Part shown: positions 50,851 through 60,457 of the stretch, one piece after another | Layout of the letters: each line of letters starts with the position of its first letter | Position numbering within the stretch: position 1 is the first letter of the stretch | From: Bacteroidia bacterium | Lineage (GTDB): Bacteria > Bacteroidota > Bacteroidia > M30B66 | Assembly: GCA_965279035.1 (NCBI GenBank) | Contig: OZ257142.1 | Span: forward strand, 288,001 to 352,000 | Direction of reading: 5' to 3' | Length of the DNA: 64,000 bases | Translations under genes and position numbers: made by a program | Notes under the pieces: model-generated | What the model was told of the DNA's origin: nothing | The model's database searches: none | Seen by the model: only the letters and a program-made list of their open reading frames with translations

Positions 50851-52547
50851 TCGAATAAAGTAATAGTTGTTCTCTTCTCATAAACAGTCTTCGAAGTCTT
50901 AGCAGAAAGTACAAGAAAGTATGTTCCCGCTGGTGCTTTTTCTCCGCTACTTGTTTTGCCATCCCAACTTAATTTGGATGATTGGGTTTCAAAAATCAAG
51001 GTTCCCCAACGATCAAAAATCTGAAGCCCGTATTCCTGAATGCCGCTGTTCATCAAAAATAACTCATCATTCACTCCATCTCCGTTAGGTGAAAATGTAT
51101 TGGGGAACTGCATTCCCTCAATAACCTCAACACTTGCACTCGCCGTATCAATACAGCCAAAACTATTTACGACTGTAAGAAGAATAGGATAAATTCCGGG
51201 CTCGTGGAAAGCGTGTTTTAATATGGAATCAGAATAAAATCCATTGTTTTCAATTGTCCAACTCTGTGAGATTGAACCAGAACTCAAACTTGTAAAAACA
51301 AATACTTGATCCTCATAAGGAAATTCTGGAGCGCTTATCCCCAATTCAGCAATGGGTTTCGGCCATAAAACTATCGGCAAGCTTGAAGGAAATGAAGAAC
51401 ATCCCGCATTGTCGGTTTGAAATGCGGAAACAAGTCCACTCGCACTATTATCCCAATTTACAGAAACGCTTGAATCGGTTTGTTGCTCTATACTTCCGGA
51501 AGCAATTGTCCAATTCGTTTCTAAACCGGATGAGTAAGATGCATGGAAAACAGCATCTGAACTTTCTTGACAAAAAGCCGTGTCGCCCACTATTTCGGGA
51601 CGAGCGGGCCTTTTTCTAACCAATAATATTGCTCTATTGGAGCTATTGCTCGGTATCACCACATTGACACTTGCCGTTGAACCATTGAAAACGGCATTGC
51701 CATTAGCGACTAAATGCCAAACATCAGCAATCAATGGATTCCGAAGAGCAACGAATGGAAAATCAACCGCCGCCGAAGAATCTACAACGAAACTACATTG
51801 TGTTCCTTGTCCAATCGTTCCTTCAATGAGGTGATAATAATGCTCATTGCTTCGACAAATATTCGTATCAACTTGAGTGCGCGCTAATCCTTCCTGGCTG
51901 GCGTCAGCATTCGCGAATCGAACACCTAAAACTCCAGTGCTCAAAGTCGGTGTTAGTGTAACTGGGCGATAATCGAGATTTCTCCCAACAGGAAAAAGAT
52001 ATGCTTGTCCACTTGTTACATTTCGATTTAGAACGCCATATCGTTCCGAAAGCACAAAACCACTCGTTCGTTCGATGGCTGTTGGTTGAGAATTCAAAAC
52101 CGATAGACTCAACGAATCCGTAATTAGAATACGATCATTCAATTGAAGTACATCTGCTTTCGCGTGTTGTTCAAGTCGCTTATCTCCGCTACCAAGTAGC
52201 GACAAAATACCAAACGTAGTAACAGAATCCCCTTTGATTTTTTGAATTCCGCCGTCCAATTGAACAACAGACAATGATGCAGAATTTACTTGACCATTAT
52301 TTTCCCAATCTCCTTGAAGATAAACCGATCCGAAATGATCGAACTGTGCGCAATTGGTGAAATCTCCCGAAATAATCAAAGAAGAATAATTCTGAAAAAC
52401 CGAAGAGGAATCTATTTGCAATCCACCATTTACACGAATCTCCAAGCCCGGTCCAGCATAAACCTGCGCTCCACTTATTGTACAAAGTGTTTGAGCTTCA
52501 GAAATAATAGGAATGGATAAAAGTGCAAAAAGCAAAATCCGTTTCAT
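50847..52547 (-). CDS. T9SS type B (gliding motility-associated CTD) protein with PKD-like domain
   Basis: PNTFSPNGDGVND, IFDRWG, WDGK, GTYF. Confidence 0.88.
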   Translation of the reverse strand: MKRILLFALLSIPIISEAQTLCTISGAQVYAGPGLEIRVNGGLQIDSSSVFQNYSSLIISGDFTNCAQFDHFGSVYLQGDWENNGQVNSASLSVVQLDGGIQKIKGDSVTTFGILSLLGSGDKRLEQHAKADVLQLNDRILITDSLSLSVLNSQPTAIERTSGFVLSERYGVLNRNVTSGQAYLFPVGRNLDYRPVTLTPTLSTGVLGVRFANADASQEGLARTQVDTNICRSNEHYYHLIEGTIGQGTQCSFVVDSSAAVDFPFVALRNPLIADVWHLVANGNAVFNGSTASVNVVIPSNSSNRAILLVRKRPARPEIVGDTAFCQESSDAVFHASYSSGLETNWTIASGSIEQQTDSSVSVNWDNSASGLVSAFQTDNAGCSSFPSSLPIVLWPKPIAELGISAPEFPYEDQVFVFTSLSSGSISQSWTIENNGFYSDSILKHAFHEPGIYPILLTVVNSFGCIDTASASVEVIEGMQFPNTFSPNGDGVNDELFLMNSGIQEYGLQIFDRWGTLIFETQSSKLSWDGKTSSGEKAPAGTYFLVLSAKTSKTVYEKRTTITLFD

Positions 52548-52894
52548 TCGCTTTTCTCAGGAGTAATCAATCCAAGCTTTTCGGCATAGTAAGCACCAAA
52601 GTCACGCATCGTTTCGGCCATTGCTATTTCACCCGTTGAACGTTGAAGCGTATCGGCCATCAGCAATAAACTTTGATGAATAAACTTTTTCATATCGTCA
52701 ACAACCATTTCTTTAGTCCAAAGATCTACACGCAAGGTATTGTCTTCGCTAGGATCCCAAACCGAAAGCATCATGGCTTTTGCTTCTTTACCAACAACCT
52801 GATTGTCGGTTGCGTCCCAATGGATTTTCTCGGGAACTTTATTCGCATCAAGTGTTACGCGAAGTATTATATCGGATGTGTTTTTACTGCTCAT
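52544..52894 (-). CDS. gldC: gliding motility protein GldC
   Basis: LDANKVPEKIHW, LSVWD, LRVDLWTKEM; follows gldB. Confidence 0.92.
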   Translation of the reverse strand: MSSKNTSDIILRVTLDANKVPEKIHWDATDNQVVGKEAKAMMLSVWDPSEDNTLRVDLWTKEMVVDDMKKFIHQSLLLMADTLQRSTGEIAMAETMRDFGAYYAEKLGLITPEKSE

Positions 52895-53934
52895 GCTCGG
52901 CCTGGTTTATATCCTGATGCATTAAATAGTTTATGTGCGTCTTGCTCTTGCATCAATTGGGGCAAAGTAACGTCTTTGTATTTATTCATGTAGCTTTTTA
53001 CCAACTGAAATCCTAGCCAGATACCAATTCGTGATGGCGCTTCTTCAGGAAAACCTTTCGTAAACGGACCGTCATTGATATAAATCAACTGATCATTAAA
53101 GTCGGTGGAGAAAAATAATTTCTTGTCAATAAAGTGACTCCAGATTTTCGCCTCGTTTTTTTCACACCAGGAATATTCTGCATCCGAATAACCAAGCAGA
53201 TTTGCTTCTGTTTCTTCCGGCAAAAACTGCCCACTGAGATACAAGAGTTTCCCATGATACACCATATAGGACACAAGATCTTCGGGCGAATTCTTCATTT
53301 CAAAATTACTCATCAACCAAGCCCTCATGGCATCTGGAAGAATCATCGTTCTGTTCATTTTCGAAACTTTGTACTTCGGTAATGACAGCAATTCATAAAA
53401 CTTGCACGCCTTTCCTAAATACATATCTAAGCCAATCGAAAGCGAAGAATCTTCTACAACGATATTGTAGTTAAAGCCTGAAATGATAGTATAAATTGCA
53501 GGAATTACGCTGTCGGGAAATGCTTTGTGATAGCGGTTAAAAGCAGCACTAAGCCCATTTCGAACAGAATCCATTGAAGCATATTGACGATCTGTTTCTG
53601 CTTTTACCGATTTGATATCAGGATCGTTGATAAACCCCAACAAGCTTTCCCGAAAAAGAGGAAGGTGTTTATTCCCAACACGAATTACTTGTGAAGCATA
53701 CAAATCCAAAAAGGTCCCGTATTTCTTATACAAATTCAGCGTGTCTTGTGTAAAAGTCTCTTTGTGTATTTCAAAAAGGTCCTTCTCAAATCGTTGAAAA
53801 CGAACAGGAATTTCAGGCAAATCGGCTTTTGATTCTTCTACACGTAGCGCTGTTGTAGGCTTTTCTGTTGATCCACCACAGGAAAATAAGCCTGTTGAAA
53901 AAATGAACCAAATCCAAATGTGTCTTCTCTGCAT
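52891..53934 (-). CDS. gldB: gliding motility lipoprotein GldB
   Basis: Lipobox LFSC; RFEKDLF, IGLDMYLG, GPFT, PSRIGIWLG; gldB-gldC-nadE neighbourhood. Confidence 0.88.
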   Translation of the reverse strand: MQRRHIWIWFIFSTGLFSCGGSTEKPTTALRVEESKADLPEIPVRFQRFEKDLFEIHKETFTQDTLNLYKKYGTFLDLYASQVIRVGNKHLPLFRESLLGFINDPDIKSVKAETDRQYASMDSVRNGLSAAFNRYHKAFPDSVIPAIYTIISGFNYNIVVEDSSLSIGLDMYLGKACKFYELLSLPKYKVSKMNRTMILPDAMRAWLMSNFEMKNSPEDLVSYMVYHGKLLYLSGQFLPEETEANLLGYSDAEYSWCEKNEAKIWSHFIDKKLFFSTDFNDQLIYINDGPFTKGFPEEAPSRIGIWLGFQLVKSYMNKYKDVTLPQLMQEQDAHKLFNASGYKPGRA

Positions 53935-54033
53935 GTCTTTGAATCACGTTATATTTGCTGACAACGGCCAAAATTAGTAAAACGTACCGTGCTTTATGGG
54001 TTTCCCCATTCACCCATCCAACCTTTTCTTCTT

Positions 54034-54744
54034 ATGAAACGACTTTTGCTGTTTATTCTGCTTTGTACACTCGGGATTTCTTCAACAAATGCCCAAAAAA
54101 GTTTCCGCTTTGGAATGAAGGCTGCTCCTTTGTTTAGCTGGATCAAACCCGATTTTAGAGATGCCCCGAAAGACTTTTCAGTTGAAGGCGGCGGTGGTCG
54201 GATTGGTTTTGTTTGGGGTCCGATGGCAGAAATCCAACTTAACGAAACATTTTTAATCTCAACGGGACTTGATATCAGCTATTCTTCCGGTAAAATTAAA
54301 GGAACTCTAAAAGATTCTTCAGGTAGCTTGGTCGATTGGAATCAGTATTACAAAACTCGATTTATCGAACTTCCAGTTATGCTGAAGTTCCGTACAAAGG
54401 AAATTGGATACTTACGCTATTTCGGTTTGTTTGGACTTGGAGCCGGATTCCGTTATTCTGCTCGTACCGAATTTTCTCGCTCAAGCAATAGTACAACCGT
54501 AACAAACAACGATAACAATTCCGATAAATACGTGAATGTTTTTCGTGGATCGATGCTTATTGGAGCTGGCGTTGAATATTCACTTTCAGGAAATACAGCT
54601 CTTGTTGGTAGTTTGCTCTTTAATAACGGACTAACCAATATGTTAAAAAGTCAAACAAGTGGTTCTGCTACAGATCCCTTTAATGCCATTCGTGAAAACG
54701 GGATTTTAAACTATATGCAGTTGAACATCGGAATTCTATTCTGA
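54034..54744 (+). CDS. outer-membrane beta-barrel (porin family) protein
   Basis: Signal peptide; FIELPVMLKF, GAGVEY, FNNGL, terminal Phe. Confidence 0.8.
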   Translation: MKRLLLFILLCTLGISSTNAQKSFRFGMKAAPLFSWIKPDFRDAPKDFSVEGGGGRIGFVWGPMAEIQLNETFLISTGLDISYSSGKIKGTLKDSSGSLVDWNQYYKTRFIELPVMLKFRTKEIGYLRYFGLFGLGAGFRYSARTEFSRSSNSTTVTNNDNNSDKYVNVFRGSMLIGAGVEYSLSGNTALVGSLLFNNGLTNMLKSQTSGSATDPFNAIRENGILNYMQLNIGILF

Positions 54745-54767
54745 TTTACAAACCGTTTACCTTTGCC

Positions 54768-54797
54768 GCCGGATCGTTCAAATGGTCCGGCTTTTTT
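54768..54797 (+). terminator. intrinsic terminator abutting the nadE start codon
   Basis: GCCGGATCGTT/AATGGTCCGGC followed by T6 and then ATG. Confidence 0.65.
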
Positions 54798-56450
54798 ATG
54801 AAAATTGCACTGGCGCAGATAAATACGCACATCGGGAATTTCGATGCAAACATCTCGATCATTCTTCAAAATATAGAACGCGCTAAACGCGAAGGAGTCG
54901 AGCTTATCGTATTTCCTGAATTATGTATTTGTGGTTATCCTCCGCTCGACTTTTTAGAGTTTGATGACTTTATTTCACGTTGCGAAAAAGCCATTCAACA
55001 ACTTGCTGAGTTATGTATTGGCATTGCCGCAATTGTTGGTGGACCATCTAGAAATCCTGCCATTGAAGGAAAGAACTTATTCAATTCGGCTTACTTTTTA
55101 GAAAATGGATCAATCAAACAAATCATACATAAAACACTTTTGCCCAATTATGATGTGTTTGATGAATACCGCTATTTCGAACCCAATACTGTTTTTGATT
55201 GCATCAGGTATAAGAGTAAAAAAATAGCATTAACGATCTGCGAAGACCTTTGGGATATTGAAGATGATAAGATGTACGTTAGATGGCCGATGGAAGAACT
55301 TCAATCGCAAAATCCCGATTTGATTATCAACATTGCAGCATCTCCTTTTTCATACAAACAGGCCGAAAGTCGCAAACGAGTTTTACATCAAACTGCTTCG
55401 AAATATAAAATTCCTCTCTTTTATGTAAACCACACAGGTGCTCAAACGGAGTTGATTTTTGATGGTGGTTCAATGGTGCTCAATCGGGATGGAAACATTG
55501 TTTGTGAACTCAATTATTTTAATGACGATTACCGCAGCTTCGAACTCGATTGGGTAAATACAGCCAAATCGGTCCCCTTTTCTGCCGAAGGATTTTCATC
55601 CACAGAAATTGAAACAAGCCGGATACATCAAGCGCTAATTCTTGGAATCCGCGATTATTTCAGAAAAATGGGATTCACACAAGCTATTTTAGGTTTAAGC
55701 GGAGGTGTTGATTCTGCCTTGGTTTATACTTTAGCAGTTCAGGCACTTGGTAAAGAAAACGTGTTGGGCGTTCTACTTCCTTCGCCCTATTCTTCCGATC
55801 ATTCGATAAGCGATTCACTCGAACTTGCTTCACGATTGGGCGCTCGTACCGAGACAATTCCCATTGGAGATGCTTTTCATCAAATCCAACAAACACTGGC
55901 AAGTCAATTTCATGGACTGCCTGAAAATCTTGCGGAAGAAAACATGCAAGCCCGAATTCGGGGTGTTTTATTGATGGCAATGAGCAATAAGTTTGGTTCT
56001 ATTTTACTCAATACATCCAATAAATCCGAAGCAGCTGTTGGTTATGGAACATTATACGGCGATATGTGTGGCGGCCTTGCTGTTATTGGTGATGTTTATA
56101 AAACACAGGTGTATGAACTCTGTCAGTATATAAATCGTGACGAAGAAATAATTCCACTCAATATTCTCACAAAAGCACCAAGTGCTGAATTACGCCCTGG
56201 ACAAAAAGACAGCGATTCATTGCCCGATTACGATATCCTCGACAAAGTACTTTTTGCTTATATCGAAGAGCGCAAAGGTCCTAATGAATTAATTGAATTG
56301 GGTTTTGAAAAATCCTTAGTAGATCGAATTCTCAAGCTAGTTAACTCAAACGAATATAAGCGCTTTCAAACACCACCAATCCTGCGTGTTTCACCTAAAG
56401 CATTTGGAATGGGCAGAAGAATGCCTCTTGTTGGAAAATACCTTTCCTGA
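54798..56450 (+). CDS. nadE: glutamine-dependent NAD+ synthetase
   Basis: Nitrilase domain (FPEL, K, ICED) plus LGLSGGVDS, ENMQARIRG, NKSE, PSAELRP. Confidence 0.96.
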   Translation: MKIALAQINTHIGNFDANISIILQNIERAKREGVELIVFPELCICGYPPLDFLEFDDFISRCEKAIQQLAELCIGIAAIVGGPSRNPAIEGKNLFNSAYFLENGSIKQIIHKTLLPNYDVFDEYRYFEPNTVFDCIRYKSKKIALTICEDLWDIEDDKMYVRWPMEELQSQNPDLIINIAASPFSYKQAESRKRVLHQTASKYKIPLFYVNHTGAQTELIFDGGSMVLNRDGNIVCELNYFNDDYRSFELDWVNTAKSVPFSAEGFSSTEIETSRIHQALILGIRDYFRKMGFTQAILGLSGGVDSALVYTLAVQALGKENVLGVLLPSPYSSDHSISDSLELASRLGARTETIPIGDAFHQIQQTLASQFHGLPENLAEENMQARIRGVLLMAMSNKFGSILLNTSNKSEAAVGYGTLYGDMCGGLAVIGDVYKTQVYELCQYINRDEEIIPLNILTKAPSAELRPGQKDSDSLPDYDILDKVLFAYIEERKGPNELIELGFEKSLVDRILKLVNSNEYKRFQTPPILRVSPKAFGMGRRMPLVGKYLS

Positions 56451-56452
56451 AC

Positions 56453-58900
56453 TTAGAACGACAATGAAAACTGAATAGCTGTTGTTCTAGGTTGTTCCAT
56501 ACTCATTGGTCGAATTGTGTATTCTATATTCATCAAATTATTGACGATGAATGCGACTTTACTCGTTGAATTCATTTGATAACTCAATCGCACATCAACT
56601 ATAGTAAATCCTTTGTTATGAGTTTGTCGGTATGCCTTTAAACCCGGTGATGGCTGATTTAATGTAGGGAGAATATCGTCCAACTGTTCGAAAATGATAT
56701 CGATATTACGCATATAACTACTGTAACGAACACTTCCTCCTAAAACCCATTTTCCTCGTGTGATTTCAGCATCTGCTTTAAATAGCTGTTGAAACCGGTA
56801 TTTTAAAATATGACCAATTGTATCGCTAGAAGATTTTGAATAAGTCACGTTTACTGCTGAAGGCTTATTGGGTTCTAAAGAAATAGGATTTGTATACGTA
56901 TAGCCAGCTAAAACAGCAAATCCGGTTTTACCAATTTTACCTTGTCCGGCAAGAGAGAAATCTATCCCTGTTACTTGTGTTTTTCCAATGTTTAAAGAAG
57001 CAAAGCCTAAACCATAAAATGGATCTGTTATCTTTCCAAACGCACCAAAATTAAACTCTATGTTGTTATTGAATTTCTGTATAAAGTAAGCTGCATCAAA
57101 ATACCCTTGGAATTTCCCAATTTGAAATCCTTGCTTAACCCCTATTTCTGCATTCCACGATGTTTCAGATTTTAGACTATCGTTAGGGTAAATATTAATT
57201 GGACCAACTTGCGTACGAATGAATTTTTCTGCAATAGTTGGAAATCGATAGCCTTGTCCATAGGATGCACGGAGAAATGTGGCTTTGTGCAACTTCATAT
57301 TTGCGCCAGCTCTAAAAACAGGCTTGCCTTCCTTGACAATAGCACCCAAACTGCTTGAAGAAAAACTTGGATTTTGAATAGCAAAATGCTCATAGCGAAA
57401 ACCTGCACTCAATGTAAGTCGCTTGAAAAATGTACGATTCAATTGAAGATACGCGGCAACATTTCTATTTCCAGAAACGGCTTTCTGTGAAACGGTATCC
57501 GATAAACCTCCTTTATATAAATCCGATGAGCCTTTGGTATAAGAATGCAATAATCCCGAAGTAACACTCAATCCATTTAAAAAACCCTCCTTAAACTGAC
57601 GCTGGATTTGATATTCTGAATAAAATACATCGCTTTGATTACTCTGATTGTTATCGTTGTTGTTATTCAAATGAAACCAACGATTGCGAATAACGTGACT
57701 CCATCCTTTCTTTCCTGTATAACGAACAAAGGGATCAACATACCATGCTTGCTGTAAAGTAAGTGTTACAGACCCTGGATAGGACCGATACATTCCCGAA
57801 TCGGCATTCATCCAAATCAATGTACCCGTTGATCGAGAAAGCATTCCATTCGCATTCACCCCATAGGAAAGACCTTGAATTTTTTTACTTCGGTATCGTA
57901 AACTAAAATTTAAACGTGCGCGGTTTTCATACTCGCCGCGTTGATCAGCATAGGGATTAAATGTTGTGTCGGCAATATTCACCGGAGTTGCAGCCTTAAA
58001 TCCATTGTCGCTGAAAAGATTTCCCCCAACTACAAGATCCAAATTCCCAATTTTCCGAGAATGGAAAAAGTTTAAACCCGAATAAATTGGGTTGTTCTTT
58101 CCCCAATAGATTGCCGAGGTATTTCGGGGATTATTATAAACTCCCGAAAACACATTGATTTTCGTTTGTGGTTCATCGCGCGGATAGGCTGTACGTATAT
58201 TAATTACTCCACTTAAAGCCGCAGACCCATACAAAACAGAAGATGCTCCTTTAATCACTTCAACTTGCTCTACATTTTCTACAGGCAAAAATCCCCAGCT
58301 TGGCCTTCCTGCATCACCCGATAAAATGGGTAAATCATCCATCAATATCATAACACGACTTCCTGCGCCAAAACTATACCCGCTACCACTTCGAATTTGT
58401 GGTTCGCCATCAACAATCGCAACACCCGGTACTTGCTGCAAAGCATCATCAATACTCGTTGTATTTTTATTTTCTATAATGTTGGGACGAAGCACCTCCA
58501 TGCTCATGGTTAATTCTTCAATATTCTGCTCATATTTTCCTGCGGTTGTTACAAAAGTTTTAAGCTCCCTTGCTTCTGAACTTAGTTTAACATGGATTAG
58601 CTTCTTCTCATTGGGTTTCAATTCTAATGCTACTTCTTTAGGCGCATAGCCAACTTGCTTAAAAACAAGTGTAATTTTTCCTGCTGGAATTGATATCGAA
58701 TAATTTCCTTCAGCATCTGCTACTACACCTTTGCTTTCATTGCCTTTAACTACTACATATGCAGCGATAACCGACTCTCCTGTATTGGCATCTTTTACTG
58801 TTCCCGAAACCACTGCTTGTTCGGTTTGAGAGAATACTGCATTTGCACAAAAAAGAAGAATTATAGAAATAATGTGTCGGTTTTTTTGATTTTTCAACAT
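56453..58900 (-). CDS. TonB-dependent receptor
   Basis: N-terminal CarboxypepD-like domain, plug VEVIKGASSVLYGS, barrel with terminal Phe. Confidence 0.92.
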   Translation of the reverse strand: MLKNQKNRHIISIILLFCANAVFSQTEQAVVSGTVKDANTGESVIAAYVVVKGNESKGVVADAEGNYSISIPAGKITLVFKQVGYAPKEVALELKPNEKKLIHVKLSSEARELKTFVTTAGKYEQNIEELTMSMEVLRPNIIENKNTTSIDDALQQVPGVAIVDGEPQIRSGSGYSFGAGSRVMILMDDLPILSGDAGRPSWGFLPVENVEQVEVIKGASSVLYGSAALSGVINIRTAYPRDEPQTKINVFSGVYNNPRNTSAIYWGKNNPIYSGLNFFHSRKIGNLDLVVGGNLFSDNGFKAATPVNIADTTFNPYADQRGEYENRARLNFSLRYRSKKIQGLSYGVNANGMLSRSTGTLIWMNADSGMYRSYPGSVTLTLQQAWYVDPFVRYTGKKGWSHVIRNRWFHLNNNNDNNQSNQSDVFYSEYQIQRQFKEGFLNGLSVTSGLLHSYTKGSSDLYKGGLSDTVSQKAVSGNRNVAAYLQLNRTFFKRLTLSAGFRYEHFAIQNPSFSSSSLGAIVKEGKPVFRAGANMKLHKATFLRASYGQGYRFPTIAEKFIRTQVGPINIYPNDSLKSETSWNAEIGVKQGFQIGKFQGYFDAAYFIQKFNNNIEFNFGAFGKITDPFYGLGFASLNIGKTQVTGIDFSLAGQGKIGKTGFAVLAGYTYTNPISLEPNKPSAVNVTYSKSSSDTIGHILKYRFQQLFKADAEITRGKWVLGGSVRYSSYMRNIDIIFEQLDDILPTLNQPSPGLKAYRQTHNKGFTIVDVRLSYQMNSTSKVAFIVNNLMNIEYTIRPMSMEQPRTTAIQFSLSF

Positions 58901-58934
58901 TAGGAAGAATCGTCTTTGTGATTAGTATTTTGCA

Positions 58935-60053
58935 ATGTATAAAATTCCACACCCGATGCATGAAGAAGATGAAATACAAGCAACAATTGCCTTGACTTTA
59001 GTTCCTGGAATTGGCTCTGTTACAGCGCGTCGTATTTTAAATCAAATGGGAACTGCCTCAGCATTTTTTGATGAATGTAAAAAGATTCGTATGTCGGGAG
59101 TTAGGAATGTTGATTTGCAAGCATCTGCTGTTCGATCCTATTTTAAAAGAGCAGAAGAAGAACTTCGTTTTATGGAGGAAATGGATGTGCGTGCAAACTT
59201 GATTTCTCATTGCTCATACCCATATCGCTTAAAACAATGTGAAGATGCTCCCGCTATTTTATATACTCGAGGAAACATTGACCTAAATGCTTCTAGAATG
59301 ATTGCTGTTGTTGGAACGCGCAAATCAACACCTTATGGAGAACGCTGTTGCGAAGAAGTTGTAGCAGAATTATCAAAGAATAATTGCAACTTAATTAGCG
59401 GATTGGCTTATGGAATCGACTCTTCTGCCCATCGTTCTGCAAATAATTGGGGAATTCAAAACATCGGTGTTGTTGCTCATGGATTGGATCGAATTTATCC
59501 CTCGATGAATCGATCTCTTGCTAAAAAAATGGAACAACTCGGAGGAATCGTTACCGATTTTCCATCTCAAACTCGTCCTGACAGAGAAAATTTCCCTAAG
59601 CGAAATCGCATTGTAGCTGGTTTAGCCGATGCCGTTATCGTAATTGAAGCATCTGAGTCGGGTGGCGCTTTAATAACAGCAGACATCGCTAATTCATACA
59701 ATAGAGATGTATTTGTTGTGCCCGGCTCATGGGGTTTGCCTTTTTCGGTTGGCTGCAATAATCTCATAAAAAGAAATAAAGCGGCAATCCTTTCTAATGC
59801 ACAAGATCTTTCTTGGTATCTAAACTGGAATAACCCAATCCAAAATCAATCGGTACAAACTCAATTGGTTTTCGAACTTGAACCGGAAGAAGAGCTGCTC
59901 GTAAATCTAATTAGATCTGATACCGATTCACTTGATAATTTATCTATTCAATCTGGTTTGAGCATTAGCAAAGCATCTGCTGTCTTATTAGGACTTGAAT
60001 TCAAGGGTGTTCTTAAATCCTTACCAGGAAAAAGATATCAGCTTTTAACTTAA
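58935..60053 (+). CDS. dprA: DNA-processing protein DprA
   Basis: AVVGTR, SGLAYGID, NFPKRNRIVAG, SGGALITA, C-terminal winged helix. Confidence 0.94.
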   Translation: MYKIPHPMHEEDEIQATIALTLVPGIGSVTARRILNQMGTASAFFDECKKIRMSGVRNVDLQASAVRSYFKRAEEELRFMEEMDVRANLISHCSYPYRLKQCEDAPAILYTRGNIDLNASRMIAVVGTRKSTPYGERCCEEVVAELSKNNCNLISGLAYGIDSSAHRSANNWGIQNIGVVAHGLDRIYPSMNRSLAKKMEQLGGIVTDFPSQTRPDRENFPKRNRIVAGLADAVIVIEASESGGALITADIANSYNRDVFVVPGSWGLPFSVGCNNLIKRNKAAILSNAQDLSWYLNWNNPIQNQSVQTQLVFELEPEEELLVNLIRSDTDSLDNLSIQSGLSISKASAVLLGLEFKGVLKSLPGKRYQLLT

Positions 60054-60457
60054 TCTAGAAATCGAGATTTCCAACCCGGTTGTGGAATGGGGCAACTTTC
60101 GTATCGCCCAAATACTTTATATCGATTTCGAGCAATTAGTCGATAAGCAGCCTGGCGGATAAAGCGGGGAATAAACCTCATCAATGCTAGTATTTTCCAA
60201 ACTCCTCCTAAGAGATATAATACTCTCAATGAAGCATCACTTTCAATATAAACGATCCCTTGATCAATCAAAACAACACTATCAGGAAGCGTTTTGTGAT
60301 AATTCGCTTTATTCAATAGTTGATTAGCTACTTCACTTTTTAGTGGAGCAAATCGAAACTGTTCCTTTTTATCTTTTCGGAGGACAAAATTTACCGATGA
60401 ATGGCATAAGTGACATACGCCATCAAAGAGTATTACCGGATTTTCGTCCAATTTCAT
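60050..60457 (-). CDS. DCC-family thiol-disulfide oxidoreductase
   Basis: FDGVCHLC, YRLIARNRY; ATG 60457 overlaps the upstream stop (TAATG). Confidence 0.9.
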   Translation of the reverse strand: MKLDENPVILFDGVCHLCHSSVNFVLRKDKKEQFRFAPLKSEVANQLLNKANYHKTLPDSVVLIDQGIVYIESDASLRVLYLLGGVWKILALMRFIPRFIRQAAYRLIARNRYKVFGRYESCPIPQPGWKSRFLD

